Shown here: one piece after another, positions 60,874-64,000 of the stretch | Position numbering within the stretch: the stretch's first letter is position 1 | How the letters are laid out: each line of letters starts with the position of its first letter | Source: an uncultured Anaerolineales bacterium | Lineage (GTDB): Bacteria; Chloroflexota; Anaerolineae; B4-G1 | Direction: 5' to 3' | Assembly: GCA_964528475.1 (NCBI GenBank) | Contig: CAZGSX010000002.1 | Location: forward strand, 5,641-69,640 | DNA length: 64,000 nucleotides | The notes under the pieces: generated by a model | The model's input: only the letters and a program-made list of their open reading frames with translations | Database searches by the model: none | Told to the model about the DNA's origin: nothing | Translations under genes and position numbers: made by a program

Positions 60874-61446
60874 GTGGTCGATCCGGAGGAGCAGAAACCG
60901 GGCTACCTGGTTGTCAAACGCCGGCGGATTCGGCCGCGGCGGATCGTGGTGCCGGCTAGTCTCGTCGTCGATGTGTCGGCCGAGTCGGTGACCCTGGGCA
61001 CGACCCGTCAGGCTCTGGATGGTTACCCGGACTATGAGGCGACGGTACGGGGAGGGGAATATCGGAAGCCGACCCCGGTTCCCGGAGGAGTGCTATCCGC
61101 AGTCTATACGCCCCCGACGAACCGGGGCTATGAGACGCTGCGGCAACGTAACGTACCCGAGAGCAACGTGAGCGTGGAGCGGGGGATGGACGTGGTCGAT
61201 GCAACGGGCGAGAAAGTGGGTGAAGTCGAAGGGCTCATCGCCGATTCCGATACCAGGGAAGCGTCGTACCTGGTCTTGCGTCAGCCGGATCCCTTGACGC
61301 CGCGAGATCGATTGGTGCCGGCCGATCTGGCGGCGGACGCTCAGGGCGGGACGGTGCGCCTGCGCATCACGGCTGCCCAGGTGCAGGGGCTGATGACCGA
61401 TCCCCCGAGACGACAGGAGGGTCGGGAGTGGGGATCTGACACATAG
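60874..61446 (+). CDS. tandem PRC-barrel domain protein (annotated from the GTG downstream of an in-frame TAG)
   Basis: Two PRC-barrel-like units. The same frame upstream (60790-60840) encodes 'MRIEMDRRIELGARVRA', a typical first PRC beta-strand, then TAG at 60841. Confidence 0.6.
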   Translation: MVDPEEQKPGYLVVKRRRIRPRRIVVPASLVVDVSAESVTLGTTRQALDGYPDYEATVRGGEYRKPTPVPGGVLSAVYTPPTNRGYETLRQRNVPESNVSVERGMDVVDATGEKVGEVEGLIADSDTREASYLVLRQPDPLTPRDRLVPADLAADAQGGTVRLRITAAQVQGLMTDPPRRQEGREWGSDT

Positions 61447-61532
61447 GCGCCGCGTTTTCCCCGGACAGCGTGGCTGAATGAGCTGTGCGCCGCGCTCGTT
61501 GTAGGTCATAATTATGAGATAGGAGGTGGACC

Positions 61533-62390
61533 GTGAGCGATGCTCTAAACGTCATCTGGATCTTGTTCCTGATCCAGGCATTCGTCCCGTTTCTGCAGAA
61601 ACGGGTGCTAGAAGCCCGACGAAAGCGGACAATCCGGACCATCGAGAGGGATCGAGAGTCTCGGGTGATCACCATGATCCACCGCCAGGAGACAATGAGT
61701 ATCCTGGGCTTTCCCATCGCGCGTTACATCGACATTGAGGACTCGGAGCAGGTGCTGCGGGCAATCCGGCTGACCGCACCGGAGATGCCCATTGACCTGG
61801 TGCTCCACACGCCGGGGGGGATGGTGCTGGCCTCGGAGCAGATCGCCTGCGCCCTCAAGCGTCATCCAGGCAAGGTGACCGTCTTCGTGCCTCATTATGC
61901 TATGTCCGGCGGCACGTTGGTGGCCCTGGCGGCCGACGAGATCGCGATGGATTCCGACGCCGTGCTGGGGCCAGTGGATCCGCAGTTGGGGAGCCAGCAG
62001 GGCGGTTACTATCCCGCCGTGTCCATCCTCAAAGCCCTGGAGAAGCCCAACCCGAATCGGGATGACCAGACACTGATCCTGGGCGACGTGGCGGCAAAGG
62101 CGGTCGACCAGGTGCACGACACGGTCTACGCGCTGGTCAAGGACAAGATGCCTGACGAACGGGCCAGAGAAGTGGCCAAGGCCCTGAGCGAGGGTCGTTG
62201 GACGCACGACTACCCCATCAACTTTGAGCAGCTCAAGAGATTGGGGCTCCTGGTCTCCGACGAGATCCCGGAGGAGATCCATAAGCTGATGGACCTCTAC
62301 CCTCAGACGAGTCAGCGGCGTCCGTCCGTCGAGTTTATTCCCATCCCTTACGGCCCATCGGAGCGAGCGCCGGGCAGAAAGGAGGGATGA
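61533..62390 (+). CDS. SDH-family Clp-fold serine proteinase (membrane-anchored ClpP-like protease)
   Basis: N-terminal TM. 'LHTPGGMVLASEQIA...HYAMSGGTLVALAADE' Clp/crotonase-fold serine protease motifs. Confidence 0.6.
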   Translation: MSDALNVIWILFLIQAFVPFLQKRVLEARRKRTIRTIERDRESRVITMIHRQETMSILGFPIARYIDIEDSEQVLRAIRLTAPEMPIDLVLHTPGGMVLASEQIACALKRHPGKVTVFVPHYAMSGGTLVALAADEIAMDSDAVLGPVDPQLGSQQGGYYPAVSILKALEKPNPNRDDQTLILGDVAAKAVDQVHDTVYALVKDKMPDERAREVAKALSEGRWTHDYPINFEQLKRLGLLVSDEIPEEIHKLMDLYPQTSQRRPSVEFIPIPYGPSERAPGRKEG

Positions 62391-62394
62391 TGCC

Positions 62395-63084
62395 ATGTTC
62401 GTCCCCATAGGGACCGAGGAGGAAACACCCCGCCTGCGGTTTCCCGTTGTCACTGTGACTCTGGCGGGGTTAAACAGCATCGTCTTCTTGCTGGAGGCGT
62501 ACATCCTATTTACCGGTGGAGAGGAGGCGCTGAATGGTTTCATCACATCGTTTGGTGTAGTGCCCGCTGCCGTCTCTGGCGGGCAAAGGCTTCACACGTT
62601 GTTCACCTCGATGTTCCTCCATGGCGGTGTCAGTCACATCGTCTTCAACTTGCTCTACCTTTTGTCTTTCGGTGACAACATAGAGGACCGGCTGGGGCCC
62701 TGGCGGTACCTGGTGTTCTATCTCTTGACCGGTCTTCTGGCTGCTTTCGCTCAGGTTGGAGTGAACCCGGCCTCGGAGATTCCCAGCGTGGGGGCCAGCG
62801 GGGCTGTCGCTGGAGTACTCGCTGGCTATATCCTGCTCTGCCCACGGGGCATCGTGCGCATGTTGCTGTTTATGGGCCCGTGGACTCGTGTCCGTCGGGT
62901 GCCGGCGTTGATGTACGTTGGCATCTGGTTCGTCACCCAATTCTTTAATGGCGTGTTATCGCTGGGCGTGGCGACGGCGGAGACGGGAGGCGTTGCCTAC
63001 TGGGCGCACATCGGCGGTTTCGTTGGCGGCCTGGTACTGGCGTGGCTCTACAAGCAGTTCGTGGAAGCGGAGAGCGAGGTATGA
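62395..63084 (+). CDS. rhomboid-family intramembrane serine protease
   Basis: 'GASGAVAGVLAGY' (GxSG) and catalytic His in 'AHIGGFVGG'. Six TM segments. Confidence 0.85.
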   Translation: MFVPIGTEEETPRLRFPVVTVTLAGLNSIVFLLEAYILFTGGEEALNGFITSFGVVPAAVSGGQRLHTLFTSMFLHGGVSHIVFNLLYLLSFGDNIEDRLGPWRYLVFYLLTGLLAAFAQVGVNPASEIPSVGASGAVAGVLAGYILLCPRGIVRMLLFMGPWTRVRRVPALMYVGIWFVTQFFNGVLSLGVATAETGGVAYWAHIGGFVGGLVLAWLYKQFVEAESEV

Positions 63085-63088
63085 CACA

Positions 63089-63774
63089 ATGAACCTCTGG
63101 TATTTGCTTCTCGTGGTGCCTGGACTGCTGGCCTGGCTGGCTCAGGCGCGAGTACGCAAGGTCTACGGGAGTACGGTGCTCAGAAGAACAGCCGCGGGGT
63201 CACCGGATCGGAGGCGGCGCAAATCCTCCTCTCCCATCACGGATTGACTGACGTGACCATAGAGCGGGCTGAAGGCCACTTCACCGATCACTACAACCCC
63301 GAGGCGAAAGCGCTTCATCTGACCGATGGCATTGCTAACACGGACTCAGTGACTTCCCTCAGCATCGTGGCCCACGAGGTGGCCCACGCGGTGCAGGATG
63401 CCGAAGGGTACCGCTTCATGCGGTTGCACAAGACAATGGGACGTCGGCTGAGCGTGGCAGCCCGCTGGGGATCGTTCATCTTCGTGGGCGGGATCATGTT
63501 TGACATACCGATCTTGATGGCGCTGAGTGGGGTGTTCATGGCTGCTCTGGTTGTATTCGCAGTGGTGACGCTGCCGGTAGAGCGAAATGCCAGCGATCGG
63601 GCTATGGAGATGCTTCGCGAAGCAGACCTTACCGAAGACGCGGAGCAGCAAGGTGTGCGCCGGGTCCTGCGCTCTGCAGCCTTCACGTATCTAGCCAACC
63701 TGGGAAATCGTTTCGCCACCTTTCTTTTCTTCGCGGCGGCCGCCGGGACGGCAGTGGGGATTTGGAGAGACTAG
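63089..63774 (+). CDS. YugP-like neutral zinc metallopeptidase, frameshifted in this assembly
   Basis: N-terminus 'MNLWYLLLVVPGLLAWLAQARVRKVY' in one frame. 'NSRGVTGSEAAQILLSHHGLTDVTIERAEGHFTDHYNP...HEVAHAVQD' (HExxH) follows in the -1 frame. The frames meet at a GGG run near 63167-63169. Confidence 0.65.
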
Positions 63775-63886
63775 CCCGATAGGCCGCCAGCGCCGGATAA
63801 GCAATTGCCTGAGTCCATAACGGGCGACAGCGTGGACTCCGTCCGGGACTTGCATATGATCTTGCGGAAGTAGTGAGAGGAGAGCT

Positions 63887-64000
63887 ATGGTCAGCAAACA
63901 GATCGTGTTCGCGCTTGTGACGTTCCTACACGACCTTTTCACCGCTGTGTGGGTAGGTGGGACAATCGCCTTGGGCTTGGCCGTTCTGCCCGCGGCCAAG
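63887..64000 (+). CDS. hypothetical membrane protein, N-terminal fragment (continues beyond the window)
   Basis: ATG preceded by GAGAGGAGAG. A hydrophobic N-terminus (MVSKQIVFALVTFLHDLFTAVWVGGTIALGLAVLPAAK). Confidence 0.4.
   Translation, partial: MVSKQIVFALVTFLHDLFTAVWVGGTIALGLAVLPAAK

Overview
This is a high-GC (about 62-65%) bacterial chromosomal window, densely packed with housekeeping and metabolic genes. The gene content loosely resembles Chloroflexota or Actinobacteria, but the phylum cannot be assigned from sequence alone. I found no rRNA, CRISPR array, transposase, integrase or obvious phage or defence genes. There is one tRNA-Glu(CUC) on the minus strand. What is in the window:
(i) A six-gene glycoconjugate operon at 2-6901: phosphomannomutase C-terminus, TatD, polyprenyl synthetase, a GT2 and a GT4 glycosyltransferase, and a GT-C (PMT/ArnT-like) glycosyltransferase with a tandemly duplicated C-terminal domain.
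(ii) nadE.
(iii) An alkaline-phosphatase-superfamily gene broken by a frameshift in a G7 homopolymer.
(iv) A four-subunit 2-oxoacid:ferredoxin oxidoreductase operon in the order delta-alpha-beta-gamma.
(v) myo-inositol-1-phosphate synthase.
(vi) ftsY.
(vii) prfB with its canonical programmed +1 frameshift site (CTT TGA C).
(viii) tilS.
(ix) Ornithine aminotransferase.
(x) dnaE.
(xi) Two adjacent phosphofructokinases, one long form with PPi-type signature residues and one short form.
(xii) The methylmalonyl-CoA mutase catalytic subunit, with no B12-binding domain in the window.
(xiii) uppP.
(xiv) Two adjacent photolyases, a class II CPD photolyase and an FeS-BCP type (6-4)-like photolyase.
(xv) An HDAC-like deacetylase, a GH25 muramidase and a tungsten-type aldehyde:ferredoxin oxidoreductase.
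(xvi) A Crp/Fnr regulator followed by ferredoxin, cupin and NapH-like genes.
(xvii) ArsR plus a MOT1-family molybdate transporter.
(xviii) An efflux-rich island at 49.8-60.1 kb with three ABC export systems, described in the findings.
(xix) A PRC-barrel gene interrupted by an in-frame TAG, a Clp-fold serine protease, a rhomboid protease, and a YugP-type zinc peptidase that also carries a frameshift.
No single spectacular new system is evident. The most interesting loci are the His/Cys-rich PadR/efflux island, two unusually long apparently non-coding gaps (46.9-47.9 kb and 60.1-60.8 kb), and the three disrupted genes. Two of those disruptions sit at G-runs, which together with a frameshift-prone G9 tract in the GT-C gene suggests assembly error or phase variation. 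All functional calls rest on motif recognition by eye. No database searches were run.
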